Positions 51,381 through 64,000 of a DNA stretch of 64,000 bases are shown here, one piece after another. Below the pieces are notes generated by a model that saw only the letters and a list, made by a program, of their open reading frames with translations, ran no database searches and was not told where the DNA came from. The translations under genes were made by a program, and so were the position numbers. Source of the DNA: Eledone cirrhosa (Eukaryota); NCBI GenBank assembly GCA_964016885.1, contig OZ024747.1:45198001-45262000 (forward strand), in the 5' to 3' direction. Each line of letters opens with the position of its first letter. Positions within the stretch are counted from its first letter, which is position 1.

Positions 51381-52213
51381 CTAGGATTGGTGCTCTGAAA
51401 TATTTTTAATTTTTTCTGGACCGTCAATCGCTCTGTATAATCAGTTCCTGATTATTACTGGAATTCTATAAGAATCCAGCCTCTATAATTTTCGGTAGAG
51501 GCGGGGAGTACATTGTTATGAGGATCACCAGCAGCATGAAACAGAATCTGTCAGCTTCTCTCCCTTCCTTTGCCGAAAAAAGAAGTGACATAGTCACTAC
51601 TTTAAAATGATAGCGCAAGGACTTCAAAATGTTTTTAATTAAACATATGGTATATTGCCAAATATACTATACATATATATATATATACATGTTTAGTTTT
51701 AGGTTATCTAAATCTGTGTTCATTGAGTTTTGCTAAAACACTGACATCACAAAATTTACTTTAGTCAAAAATATTATAATACTCTACATTCAAATTATCA
51801 ACAGAGCACACATGAAATATTAAATAAGAACTATGAAACTAAACATTGTAGAAACATTATATACTCATCCATCTACTTATCAGTAACAATAACATATCTA
51901 GTTCATAGACATCATTAATTTTATTTTAATAGGATATTTATTTTAGCATAGTTGTTTGTTAACTTTTGATACATGGAAAGTAAAGAAATTTAGAATCAAA
52001 TAATTTGTATGTTTGTAAGACACAAACACACAGAGATTATTTTAGGGAATTAGTGGCAAAACAAGCACAATTGTTTCATGCAGAGGTGTTAATCTTGCAT
52101 GAAATTAATTAAACATTTTGATAAAATAATAAATAAAGGAGATGGCGCCTGGTTTTGCAAATCATGCTAAAATATTTTTGAGAAGATGAAAAATTAGCAA
52201 ACGATTATAGAAG

Positions 52214-52255
<42 letters not shown>

Positions 52256-52420
52256 CACACACACACACACGTATATACATATGCATAGACAATGTTTATC
52301 CAGCAGCGAATAGTACTTATGTGATCAATAGTAAATAGTAAACAATTAACAGTAGATAATTATGAAAAATTATTTTAGAAAAGTCAAATATACAAACTGC
52401 CACACACAGAAATATGGGAG

Positions 52421-52461
<41 letters not shown>

Positions 52462-52494
52462 ATCGATAGATATGTATGTGTGTGTATATATGTG

Positions 52495-52543
<49 letters not shown>

Positions 52544-52826
52544 GTATATATATCGATAGATATGTGTGTGTGTAAATATGTGTATATATATATATATATA
52601 TATGTATATATGTGTATGTGTATATATATATATATGTATATATGTGTATGTGTATATATATATATATGTATATATGTGTATATATATATATATGTATATA
52701 TATGTATATATGTGTATATATATATATGTGCATGTGTATATATATATATGTATATATGTGCATATATATATATATGTATATATGTGCATATATATATGTA
52801 TATATGTGCATATATATATATATGTA

Positions 52827-52869
<43 letters not shown>

Positions 52870-52963
52870 GTGCATATATATATATATGTATATATGTGTA
52901 TATATATGAATTTATATATATATGTATATATGTATATATATATAAATATATATACATATATAA

Positions 52964-53024
<61 letters not shown>

Positions 53025-53370
53025 CATATACATTCATAGACACACTACACACACATCTATATAGATATACAAATAATAGATTTAACACCATAGATATATA
53101 CATACTCATAGAGCAGTCAGATTTATTATGTCAAGTTTTATAATGAACTTTATTGAAAAATTTGTAATTAATTATTGCGAGATCGCAAATGGTTTGATAT
53201 TTGAAGTTCTTCTTTAATTTAAAGATGTGTGAGCTATTGTGATGAGCCTCGTCACCTATAATTTAGAAACTTTAACTATATTGTCTTTCTGTGATAGAAT
53301 ATATCATGAAATGTAAGATACGCAAACACAAGCACACAAACATATATCTATCTATATATATATATATATA

Positions 53371-53921
53371 CCGAGAACTTTGGCGGTACTCAGTAATAGA
53401 GAAGACCCGCCTTACCTAAATAGAAAGTAAAACCTACTACAGTCAGTAGGCATCTCTATCAAAACACACCCCGTCCCACCACCCCCACCCCATCCACACC
53501 GCCGCTTTCAATGTAAAGTTATGTTGGTGCCACAACATCCAGGCCGAAACAAATGAGATCGTGTAGGTGTCACGACAAAAAAAACACACAGTCCACGCTG
53601 TAAATGTGGCCGTGTAGGCAACATGGTAAAAACCTCCCAGCCCCGCACTGTAAATGTGGTTGGTGTTAGGAAGGGCATCCAGCTGTAGAAAGCCTGCCAG
53701 ACAGTCCACGCTGTAATGTGGCCGTGTAGGCAACACGGTAAAAACCTCCCAGCCCCACACTGTAAATGTGGTTGGTGTTAGGAAGGGCATCCAGCTGTAG
53801 AAAACCCGCCAGACAGTCCTATGCGAGCAAGACAACCACTCTTGCCTCAAGTGGGAAAACCCCCGTCCAAACCCATGCAAGCGTGGAACACGGACGCTAA
53901 ACTTTGATGATGATGATGATG
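53371..53921 (+). mobile_element. RTE 3' fragment (27458 subfamily) with internal about 120-bp tandem duplication
   Basis: Reverse complement of 27458-27880; acagtccacgctgtaa..cagctgtagaaa occurs twice. Confidence 0.88.
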
Positions 53922-54032
53922 ATAATATATATGCTTGTGTGCTCGTGTATGTTTCATTTCATGATATATTCTATCACAGAAAGACAATATAGTTTAAATT
54001 TACTTGGAACTCTTTTAACCATCTTTTGATCT

Positions 54033-54093
<61 letters not shown>

Positions 54094-54108
54094 TATATAT
54101 ATATATAT

Positions 54109-54790
54109 CTAAGGCGGGTAAAATTCCCGAGATCCATGGACGAGTTCTCTCCAGCGGTCTCTGTCCCTCATTATCGCTGCCATGTCCTGTGTCTCCAACA
54201 GACCAGTGTCTGTCCTTAGGGCATCAACATATGTTAACCTTGGTCTTCCTCTTCTAGTGTGTCCATATAGGAGCTCCCAAAGGAGCACTGAGTGCAAGGT
54301 CAACTCTGGATGTCGGTGAGCATGTCCAGCTAACCTATGTCTCCTCTGTGTCACTTTTGAGCTGACTTTTGGGATGCTCCCATACAACTCTGAGTTTTTC
54401 ATCCTCAGTGTATACTGATTAATGTTCAGAGCCATCCTCAACATTCGATGAGTGAGGGGTTGAGAATGAATGAGACTAAAACAAAATATCTGGTAGTAAA
54501 TGTTGAGAAGCCAGAGGGGATCACTAATGTTGGCGGGAAGCCGCTAGAATTGGTTGAGGGCTTCCTGTATTTGGGAGCAAAGATTGGGAATATGGAAGAT
54601 GATGTGGTTGAGAGGAAGAGCAAGGCCTAGGCGGCGTGCCACAGCTTGAGATCGGTGTGGAAGTCGGACCTTCGTAGAGACCTGAAAGTCCGCCTCTTCA
54701 TTGCTGTAGTGGAGTATGTGCTGCTGTACGGGTCTGAGACTTAGACACTGACCAAGAAACTCACTCAGATGGTGGATGGGTGCAACACGA
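54109..54790 (-). mobile_element. RTE-like LINE, 5'-truncated with 5' inversion
   Basis: 54109-54446 encodes the C-terminus on minus; 54447-54790 encodes the immediately preceding segment on plus. Confidence 0.88.
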
Positions 54791-54948
54791 GAATATATAT
54801 ATATATATATACACACATATATATACATATATATATACATATTTACATACAAACACATATATATATGTATGTATATATATATATATATATCTACATATAT
54901 ACACATATATATACATATATACACACAAACACATATATATATATATAC

Positions 54949-54981
<33 letters not shown>

Positions 54982-54995
54982 CAAACAACACACAC

Positions 54996-55050
<55 letters not shown>

Positions 55051-55571
55051 TATATACAGAGAGATGGAGAGAGAGAGAGAGTGTGTGGGGTGTGTGAAAC
55101 ATATTAAATCTTGTATATATAGAATTAAAACTGAAAATGTGTCTTACTATCTTGTAGTTATTTATATATCCGGTGAGTAACCCATTTTGGGAATTGAATT
55201 ATTGTATGTTATAGTGAAAAATTATGAAAATAATATGTCCGATTATCCCCAAAATTGTGCAAGACTTTTAATAAAATGATAGGCAATATCATTTGTTTAT
55301 TGTTTCGTATTTTAATATATTTTTAGTTTCACTTCTTTCCAGTACAATTACTATTTGGTCATCTGATCATTTGACTTGTCTTATGACATTTACAATATTT
55401 TTAGTTTTAGTATGCCATAGAGGGTGTGGAATGGTTGTAAATGGATATCTAATGTTTTTAACAAGAACTTTTATCATGAAATAAGTGTTAAAATTATCTT
55501 GATCGTCATTTAACATTTTTCTTCCATGCTGACATGGTTTGGATGGTTCTAGACTAAACAGGTTCAAAATC

Positions 55572-55800
55572 TTAACCCTTTAGCATTTAAACTGGCCATA
55601 TCCGGCCAGAATTCTCTCACCTCTTTCTGTTCAAAATGGCTGTAACTGGCCACTCATACTGATATCAAGTTATTGTTCTCAAAATAAATAACATCAAAAT
55701 CTCATAGGTTCAATATTATGTGAGGTAATTCTGTAAGATGAAGCTTTTACCACAAAAATACAATAGTATATATAGAGTAATGTAAATTCTAAAGGGTTAA
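55572..55800 (+). mobile_element. TTAA-flanked MITE (piggyBac-like)
   Basis: TTAA-ccctttagcatttа-type left end and taaattctaaaggg-TTAA right end; three copies in window. Confidence 0.8.
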
Positions 55801-55809
55801 ACCAGAAGG

Positions 55810-56068
55810 TTTGTAAGGCCGGTGTTTATCCCGGTTTCATGGCATGAAGTGACTGAGAGTACAAGACTTCCCCCTGGACAGGACATCAGTCCATCACAGA
55901 GTTAAATCCCCAGCTATTGCTAGTACTCATTTTCAGCTGAGTATACTGGGGCAATCTGAAATGAAGTGTTTTTCTCAAGAACACAACACACAGCCTAGTC
56001 CAGTAATCGAACCCACAACATTATGATTGTAAGTCCAACACCTTTACTACTAGGCCATGCACCTCCAC
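55810..56068 (-). mobile_element. Older tRNA/CORE-like SINE related to family 1
   Basis: Minus strand head ggaggtgcatggcctagt, B-box ggttcgatt, CORE-like ttcttgagaaaaacactt. Confidence 0.65.
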
Positions 56069-57009
56069 AGACTAAACAGGATGAACATACTAAATCTTGC
56101 TTATATGTTAAGATGTTCATGCAGATCATAATCATTGTTTAATGTCCCCTTCTCTTGTTACTAAGGGTCAACACTCAAGCAGAGATGCTGACTATATGGA
56201 TAGGCCATAAGTCTGCATCTTGCTTACATATATTCCAGCAATCTTCTGAGTGCTTAGACAGGCACACAGTCTATAACTTTCTTATATATGGTTCCATGCA
56301 TTAGGGAGGTTGTCATGTTTTTGACACAGTTGAAGAGTCCTCCCACCCCTTTGTTTGGCAGGTTTTCTATAGCTGGTTGTCTTTCCTATCACCAACCACT
56401 TTACAGAGTGCACTGGGTGCATATAATCATGTAAATCACCAAAATTAGGGAGGTTAGCTGAAGAATCCTCCCAATCCTTTTTTGGCAAGTTTTCTATGGA
56501 TGGATACTCTTCCTATCAGCAACCACTTTACAGAGGGTACTGGGTGCAATTTTCATGTAAATCACCAGCACTAGAGAGGTTATCATGACTCCGATGTGAC
56601 TGAAATATCTTCTCAATATTAGATGTTATAAACACCAATTTAATACATCAAATAGGATTTGAAACTATGTATTTATCACTTATTTGGGGTTAAAAGTGGC
56701 TCACAATATCATCTTGTGGATATAGATTAGAGTTAAAATAGTAGACACTGATTATAATATCTTACTGAGATACATTAGTAAATTAACCCATCCTGCTAGC
56801 TGTAAATCACTGATGAATTGACGAATTATCTGATAGAGACAAGGCAGAAGCAATTTATAGTAAATTATTTGTAAAAAACATAAACAAAGACAAGAGGACC
56901 AGGACCAGGGTGAGTGCTTAAGTGTGTGATAGGAGAGGCAGAGTGATTATGATAATCATTTGTTTTATTAACATTATCATCATTATTATTGCCATAAATT
57001 TGATATTAT

Positions 57010-57220
57010 AGACATGAGGTTAGAATGTCTCAGGAAAGAATTGCTGGACATATGTTATGGAGACCCAGGGATAGACTCTGAGAAAGATGTTTGGATAACA
57101 TCCATGATGTCAGTTGGTCTCACTTGGGGATCCTGTCTGATCAATTGGAGGCAGTTGCTTCTGACTGGATCTGCTGGAATGCTTTCTTGAGGCCTCTGCC
57201 TCCATGAACCTCCCAGAAAT
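57010..57220 (+). mobile_element. Old RTE (Expander/Rex3-like) 3' fragment
   Basis: Translates approximately RPRDRL*ERCLDNIHDVSWSHLGILSDQLEAVASDWICWNAFLRPLPP. Confidence 0.6.
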
Positions 57221-58348
57221 ATGTAGAAGAAAAAAAAAGAAGGCAAAGACGATGACGAAGAAGAAGGAGAAGAAAAAGAAGAAGAAGAAGAAGAAGACGG
57301 AGGAGGAGGAATTATTTAATTAAAGTAACCCAGATTATTAAAGTTCTATACCAAACACTAGCTGTAACTTAAATGGTTCATACATAAAAGAGATTATGAT
57401 CAATTGCTTTAATATACATATGAATATCTTAGAATGAGTCTTTTCATATATTGGAGCTAGAGGTGATCTCAGTATATGACATTTATTTTATAAAAGCATG
57501 TTTCAATTTCTATTATGATAAATGTTTGAAATGCCTCTTATAATAATAATGTTCGATATTTTCAGTAGACAATTGAATCTGGATTTGATATATTCTACTG
57601 TTCAGCGTGATGGATAGGGAAAATCCATAAAGCTTTGGTTGAAGTCAATTGTAATATTTAGTCATGTCCCTTAAAGTTCTGGAGTCAAATCCTGCTAGGA
57701 TGAATAAAATAAATACCAATCAAGGAAGGGGTGAGTGGGGGGAGGGGGGGCAATATAGTCGACTATAGCTCACCACATACCATGACCACAACCATGAAAA
57801 AATGGTGAACTTGTGCCAAAGATAACAATTTCTATATAATATATTTGTAATTTGTCCTTGTATTGTCCTCTCATCAGTCACCCTTGTGACAAATAAAGAA
57901 ATTATTATTAACATTGTTGTTGCTAGTGGCATTCTTCATTATTATATCTATTACAAGCTCATCTGTTTCTCATTCACGGGTGACTCTCTTTAAAATTGTA
58001 TATGTTCTCCCTTGTTTACATTTGCAGCATACACACACACACATGCACATGCATACACACACAAACGCACATTCACACGCACAGACACACATGCACACAT
58101 TAGCACACACACACACATATATGTATATACCAACAAAATCCATATTTTCACTCCATAGAGAAATATGAGGGAAAAAAAACTACAAGTTGGCAGTTATATT
58201 AAGGTATATATGTATCAGAGCACATAAAAAATAAATAAAGCTCAATATTCAAAGACGTTTATTGTATTCAAATACACACACATACACATGTGTGTGTATA
58301 TATATATATATCATATATATAAAGACACACATACACACACACACACAT

Positions 58349-58379
<31 letters not shown>

Positions 58380-59014
58380 CACATACATATATAAATATTT
58401 AATCACAAACTACATAAACATATAATATAGGAATGATAAAACTGATATCAAAACTGTGCAAAGCAGAACCACACAACAGAACAAAATAAGAGATAGAGAG
58501 AGAGGGAATGGGATAGAGGAACAGAAGCTGTGTAATTGATGGCTACTTTTATCAGCATGTCTCTATATTACACATGATTATATTCATGTAGCACTCTTTT
58601 ATAACCTATGTCTATCTACTACTTCAATACAATTGCAAATGTGCAGCATACAATGTAGATTATAAGGCATATTAATAGTTAAAAAAATATGTATATCATA
58701 AATATCATAACAATAACAACAATAATAACAATAAATATATGATGAAAATAAATGAATGAATGAATATATAAATGGATAGATAAATAAGTAAATAAATGTC
58801 TAGTTCCATATTCGAGACACAATAAGCAGTATTTTTGTGTTCTACGTTGGTTGGCCGTCATCATGGTGAACATTTCTATCTACAGCACTGAAGTTACCAG
58901 TATTATTGTCAAATATATTGTATAGAGTTAAGGTAAGACTTTGTGGATGAGGGAAAGAGGTGAGGTTCAGTGTAGTGCATGCATGTGGTTGGGGAAGGGT
59001 TGTTACAGTGTGTG

Positions 59015-59097
<83 letters not shown>

Positions 59098-60184
59098 AAT
59101 ATACATATATATATTTAAACATACATAAACACACACACACACACACACACCTTATATATATATATATATGCTATATAATAGCCTACACATGTAGACTATT
59201 CAAATGATTCTCATTTATTTTGGGTTATAAACTATATGTATATTCTATGTATTCTGTGGCCCAAAAGATGGTAGCACAATATCTGAAACTATTTATTTCA
59301 TTACATGATTCCCTATGACTTTATATCATTTCCATATATATATAAGTTTACCTCAGTAAACTTTGGTGCATGTAATAAATAAATATATTTATATAAATAA
59401 ATATATAAATGTATGTATGTCTATAAATGACGATGAAGACATGCTAATATCATATCATCATATTAAATTATAGTTGCAGATAATAATATGGTATGAATGT
59501 GTATATGAAAGAGCAATGAATTAGAGAAGATGATGTAAAGTAGGTTTATTAGCATGATAACTGTGGTATATCTTCATTTTTCAATATAATCTCTTGTTGC
59601 AACAAAATATCATGTGATGATGAAACTATTGTGTGTTTTTTTTTGTTTTTTTGTCAAGCAAAAGTATTACAATGACCATGACGACAATCACTGTCATACT
59701 GATAACAATGATAATGTATTAGGTAATAGTGGTTTGTATTGATGACTAGCATGAAGTTAGTAATGCTGTTGTTTATTATTTTGATGGTAGTGATGATAAC
59801 AATAATGGGGTGGATTTGTCATGAAGATAAAGATAAGAATAACAAGGATGAGAATAATGATGATGGGGCTGAGGAAGATCATGGTCATAACAGTTATGAT
59901 GATGATGGCAGTGATAATGATAAAGCTGTATAGCTTGGTGTGTTACTGGTACTATTTTCTGTTACAGTACTTGGGGTGTTGTCATGTTAGGGGTATTGAG
60001 TCAACCTTCCATCTTAGTTAAAGTATTTCATAATGTACTGTCAAAAATGGGTGCTCATTGAAAACTTCAACTGAGTCATTTGAGTGTTAAGTGTCTTGAC
60101 CATAAACACATATATCACATCACAGCGTTTGTTATAGGGTTTCAACTATAGATGCCTAACACATAAGCTGGCAAGTCCAGCACA

Positions 60185-60399
60185 TTAAACCTTTAGCATT
60201 TGCATTACTCTATATTTACTATTGTATTTTCACGGTAAAGGCTTTCTCTCACATAATATCAAATCTATGAGATTTCGAGGATATTTATTTTGAGAACAAT
60301 ATCTTAACATCAGTATGAGCAGCAATTTACCGCTGGTTTGGACAGAAAGAGGTGAGAGAATCCTGGCCAGATATATCGGTTTAAATGCTAAAGGGTTAA
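60185..60399 (-). mobile_element. TTAA-flanked MITE, third copy
   Basis: Reverse orientation match to 55572-55800. Confidence 0.75.
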
Positions 60400-61788
60400 T
60401 CTTGCCATCTTACAACATCTTTGTTTCTATGAAAAGATGAATAAATATATATCACCATTATTAGTATGATGCATAGATTCGATTGCTTGAATGTTCTGTG
60501 ATCACAAGTATCCATCAACTGGTGGTCAATCATAAACATTTCAGAATGTATTTTTAGGAAGAAGAAATGGCAGCTTTAGCCAAAGCAAATTAACTCTTCT
60601 GATACCAAACTAGCTTTGGTACTATGTTACAGAGCCATTTCAACATTTTATGTCAGAAATGTGAAATTAGACTTCAAACAAGTTAATTATTTAACGACAT
60701 CCTGCCAAATTCTTTATTATTTTGAAAATGATTGTAAAATAATTGGCAGTCCCTGTCATTAGAAATATGGTAATAAAGGGGTTAAGATCTGCATTCCTAA
60801 CAGACTATACACAATTTGATCCAAGGCTTCCATAGATCTGGTAGATGAGGATTAAAAAAACAACAGCAATATGGCAATAAATTTTATATTGCAACGGTTG
60901 TAGGATTTACTTCTCCATATAAATGTAAATATATTCACAACAGAGTTTCATATGATTGCATCTATTTACTTCATGCTGGTACCTGTTTGATGTCATTTAT
61001 GCTGTATTTCCACTTTTCATGTAGAAATAAAATAAAATGTATGTTTGATGTCTCCATTTTTCCACAGACAATTAAAGCCTAATACTACTTATGAAACAGT
61101 ATAATTTGTAAACTACGCATCTGTAATATATATCATCATCATTTAATTCTTGCTTACATATGTTTCCACATTCTACCATGTGGGGTTCAGGGGACTGCAA
61201 CTTACATATAATTCCAGAATCTACCAAGTGCATTTTATCATGGCACCTGCACTAGGGTGGTTGTCGTGCCTTTCAAACAACTGAAGAGTCCTACCAATCC
61301 TTTGTATGGCAGGTTTTCTATGGGTGGGTGCCATTCCTATCACCAACCACTTTACAAAGAGCATTGAGTGTGTTTATCGTGTATATTACCAAAATCTGAG
61401 ACCTTGTCATGTCTTTGACACAACTGAATGTGTTTCATGCATAATTATACATAAAAACATTCAAACAATAATTTGTGAAGCCCTCACTATGTTTATAGAG
61501 AATATATAATTTGCAAAGAAAATGTTGACGCTGACTTTAAAGTTCTACTGAGTTGGTTGTGTCACATCGTAAAGTTCTGTAGTTACCGATACAAGTCATA
61601 TCCTTAAATCTATCGAGTAGGTGAGGTATAATTACTGACTTGTAGGGGGAGGGTTTATAGGAGTTAGATCATGTAGAATATGTAGAAATCTAAGATTGAA
61701 TTGAAAATATATTAATAAGTATTAACTGGAGCTTGAAAATTAGTGTTATGTGAAAAAATATTTGTAAAGAAACAAATAAATATACTTA

Positions 61789-62025
61789 ATAATAATAATG
61801 AAATTGTTGTGTAAAGTGCTCAGGTGCACTACAACTCATCAAAGGTGCATGTATAGTACATAGAATAATATACAAATGTCAGGGAAGTGAATAGTGTATG
61901 AGTCATGATATACATGTGTGTATGTGTATGGAGGGGGAACATTAGGTGTAGTGTTGGCGAATCTCAGGAAGCATGGAGGTTTTAAAGGAAGCAGTGTCTC
62001 GACAGCTAACAACTGATGCGGGATA
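61789..62025 (-). mobile_element. L2/CR1-group LINE 3' fragment
   Basis: PASVVSCRDTASFKTSM resembles the LP..VV....SFK C-terminal motif; (ATT)n tail. Confidence 0.55.
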
Positions 62026-62667
62026 TCTATAGATATTGTTAATCCTATTTATATACTGGATAAGACTATGTAGTACTAAAATAAAAGAAGTAGAGGGGGA
62101 TAATAAAGAATAAAAAAGAGAGGAAGAAGACCCACATACTCAATCATACACAAGGACTGGAGCCTTTCTAATAACTTTTTAAGCAAGCCAACACACTCAT
62201 AGCATTTCCATTAATGATAGGGAAGCTAATGCACTGGATTAACCAAACACCCTCACAGGCATCACCTGATATCTCAATATCCTCTAAAATCTATCATATA
62301 TATGAAGTATAACTGACTTGTAAGTGGTTCATTTATGGTAATATAGATCATGTAAAATTTGTAGAAATCTAAAATTTAATTAAGAAATATATTATTTCTT
62401 GGACAAAAGGAATTCAACAGTGCTAAATGTCTAGTTAGTCATTAGATATGATGCTTTTTGTGGTTCCTTGCAGAATTCTTAACAATTGTAAGATGTTTCT
62501 GCAGTTAAATTTATCTGCACAAAAATTTTAATGGATGTTTTTAACCCTTTCAATATCAAATTCCTTATATGATACTAATCAGTTTATTTTAAAGTGTTTA
62601 TCTAAAAACTTCCAATGATGATTTATGCAACAACCTTTTTAAAGTTATGTACCAAAAACAAGATTAA

Positions 62668-63080
62668 TAATTGTTTCTACATTTGGCACAAGGCCAGCAA
62701 TTATCCCAGTGCATTACTGATACTTTATTTTATCGACCTCGTAAGGATGAAGGGAAAATTAACCTCGGCGGGATTTGAACTCAGACCACAAAGGGCCGTA
62801 ACTCTTTGCTGCAGAGCATGGCGTCAGACCCTCTACTGATACTGCCAATCCACCACGAGAATGTTAATAATGATTTCAACTATAGGCACAAGGCCAGCAA
62901 TTTTTGATGGAAGGGAAGTCGATTAAATCAGCCCCAGTGCATTACTGGTGCTTTATTTTATCAACCCCGTAAGGAGGAAAAACAAAGCTAACCTCAGCCG
63001 AATTTGAACTCAAAACGAAAAGAGATGTCACTATGCTGAAAAGCATGGTGTGTGATGCTCTACCGACTCTCCCAATCCAA
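62668..63080 (-). mobile_element. Two adjacent SINE family 2 copies (62668-62856, 62872-63080)
   Basis: Both match the family 2 pattern. Confidence 0.85.
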
Positions 63081-63435
63081 CGTTAATAATAGTACTAATT
63101 CACCCTAAATACTAGATGGTATTTTTCATTATAAATATGGTAATGAAAGAGTTAACAGACAAGCAGTTATGCTGATTTCAATTACTAACACCTTAGATTT
63201 CCAAGACAAGAGAGGTGTGAAGTTCTTCAGTTGTCTTATGTTATTTACAAATAATGTTATTGTTCCACTTTAACAGAAGCTCACACCTACTACTGAAACA
63301 GTTTTAGCATGCTTTTAGATGTAAAAACGACTTCTATGGTACATGTTTTAATGATTGGTATGGTGTTCCTTACAAGTAATGATATCTGCATTGAAATATT
63401 TTGATTTGTTACTTGTAAGATGCTTTTAAATCATC

Positions 63436-63466
<31 letters not shown>

Positions 63467-64000
63467 CTATATTATATTTTGAGAATAAACTCTCAGTCGT
63501 TTACAATAATCCAGCTCCAAGAAAAGGGGCATTTCCGAGCAGTTAAATACATTAAAATATATGATAAACACAAAACGTGTTTGCATTGTAACAGACAAAG
63601 TTAGCTATTAATGAAATAAACTAATTAAAGTGAATACAATTTGTCTGTCTAGATATAAGTCAATAAAGACAAGCTTATATTGGCAATGGCCATGGTTCCT
63701 GGTCATATTTAAATTTCAAAATCCAAACCTGCTCCGTAGATGAATTTGAACCTCGAAACCCAAATACGTTTCGCAACGGTGGTACGTGAATTGAAAAATA
63801 AAGAGAATCGAAATGGAATTGAAATAAAAAGTGAAATATCCAAATCTTCTGTGCTTATCAACAGGAACCCAGTAAAATTAGTATATTTCACATCAAAAAT
63901 TTAGCAGGTCTGACTACACGTGTGCAGCCAGGCCAAATTAGCCGTCCCGCATTCCCGGTGCTAGAAATAACAGCCGTTTATGCAGGATTAAAGATCAGCT

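Noticed and set aside
51513-51556. gtt-ATGAGGA...GAAA-cag aat ctg-TC-agc hammerhead-like string
   Set aside because: Core C3 is changed and no stem II can be paired; too degenerate to call
56805-56835. atca-CTGATGA-attgac-GAAT-tatc-tgat
   Set aside because: No stem II or III and GAAT instead of GAAA; likely chance
59739-60021. Asp/Asn/Met-rich ORFs
   Set aside because: Decayed (GAT)n microsatellite

Overview
AT-rich, microsatellite-dense eukaryotic DNA made almost entirely of repeats. The repeat landscape (RTE LINEs with (ATG)n tails, Nin/Deu- and CORE-type tRNA-SINEs, massive (TA)n) suggests a cephalopod, probably Octopus; that assignment is inference. I found no supportable host protein-coding exon, and the many YIYI/THTH ORFs are translated microsatellites. 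Coding content is all retroelement: one intact 1039-aa RTE ORF (APE + RT + an internal PHD-like Cys/His finger) preceded by a nested tandem array, one decayed full-length RTE, a decayed Tx1/L1-clade LINE inside an (ATT)n tract, two Penelope GIY-YIG fragments, and many RTE fragments, SINEs and TTAA-flanked MITEs. The main signal the ORF track misses is a dense, diverse set of type I hammerhead ribozyme motifs: about 13 readable by eye, from roughly 10 unrelated sequence families. They sit in short non-coding palindromic, inverted-repeat or direct-repeat cassettes inserted in (TA)n, usually with a palindromic mini stem III, often with AATAAA just after the cleavage site, and several have variant cores. 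All folds were paired by eye; none was computed or tested. Repeat boundaries are approximate to about 10 bp.
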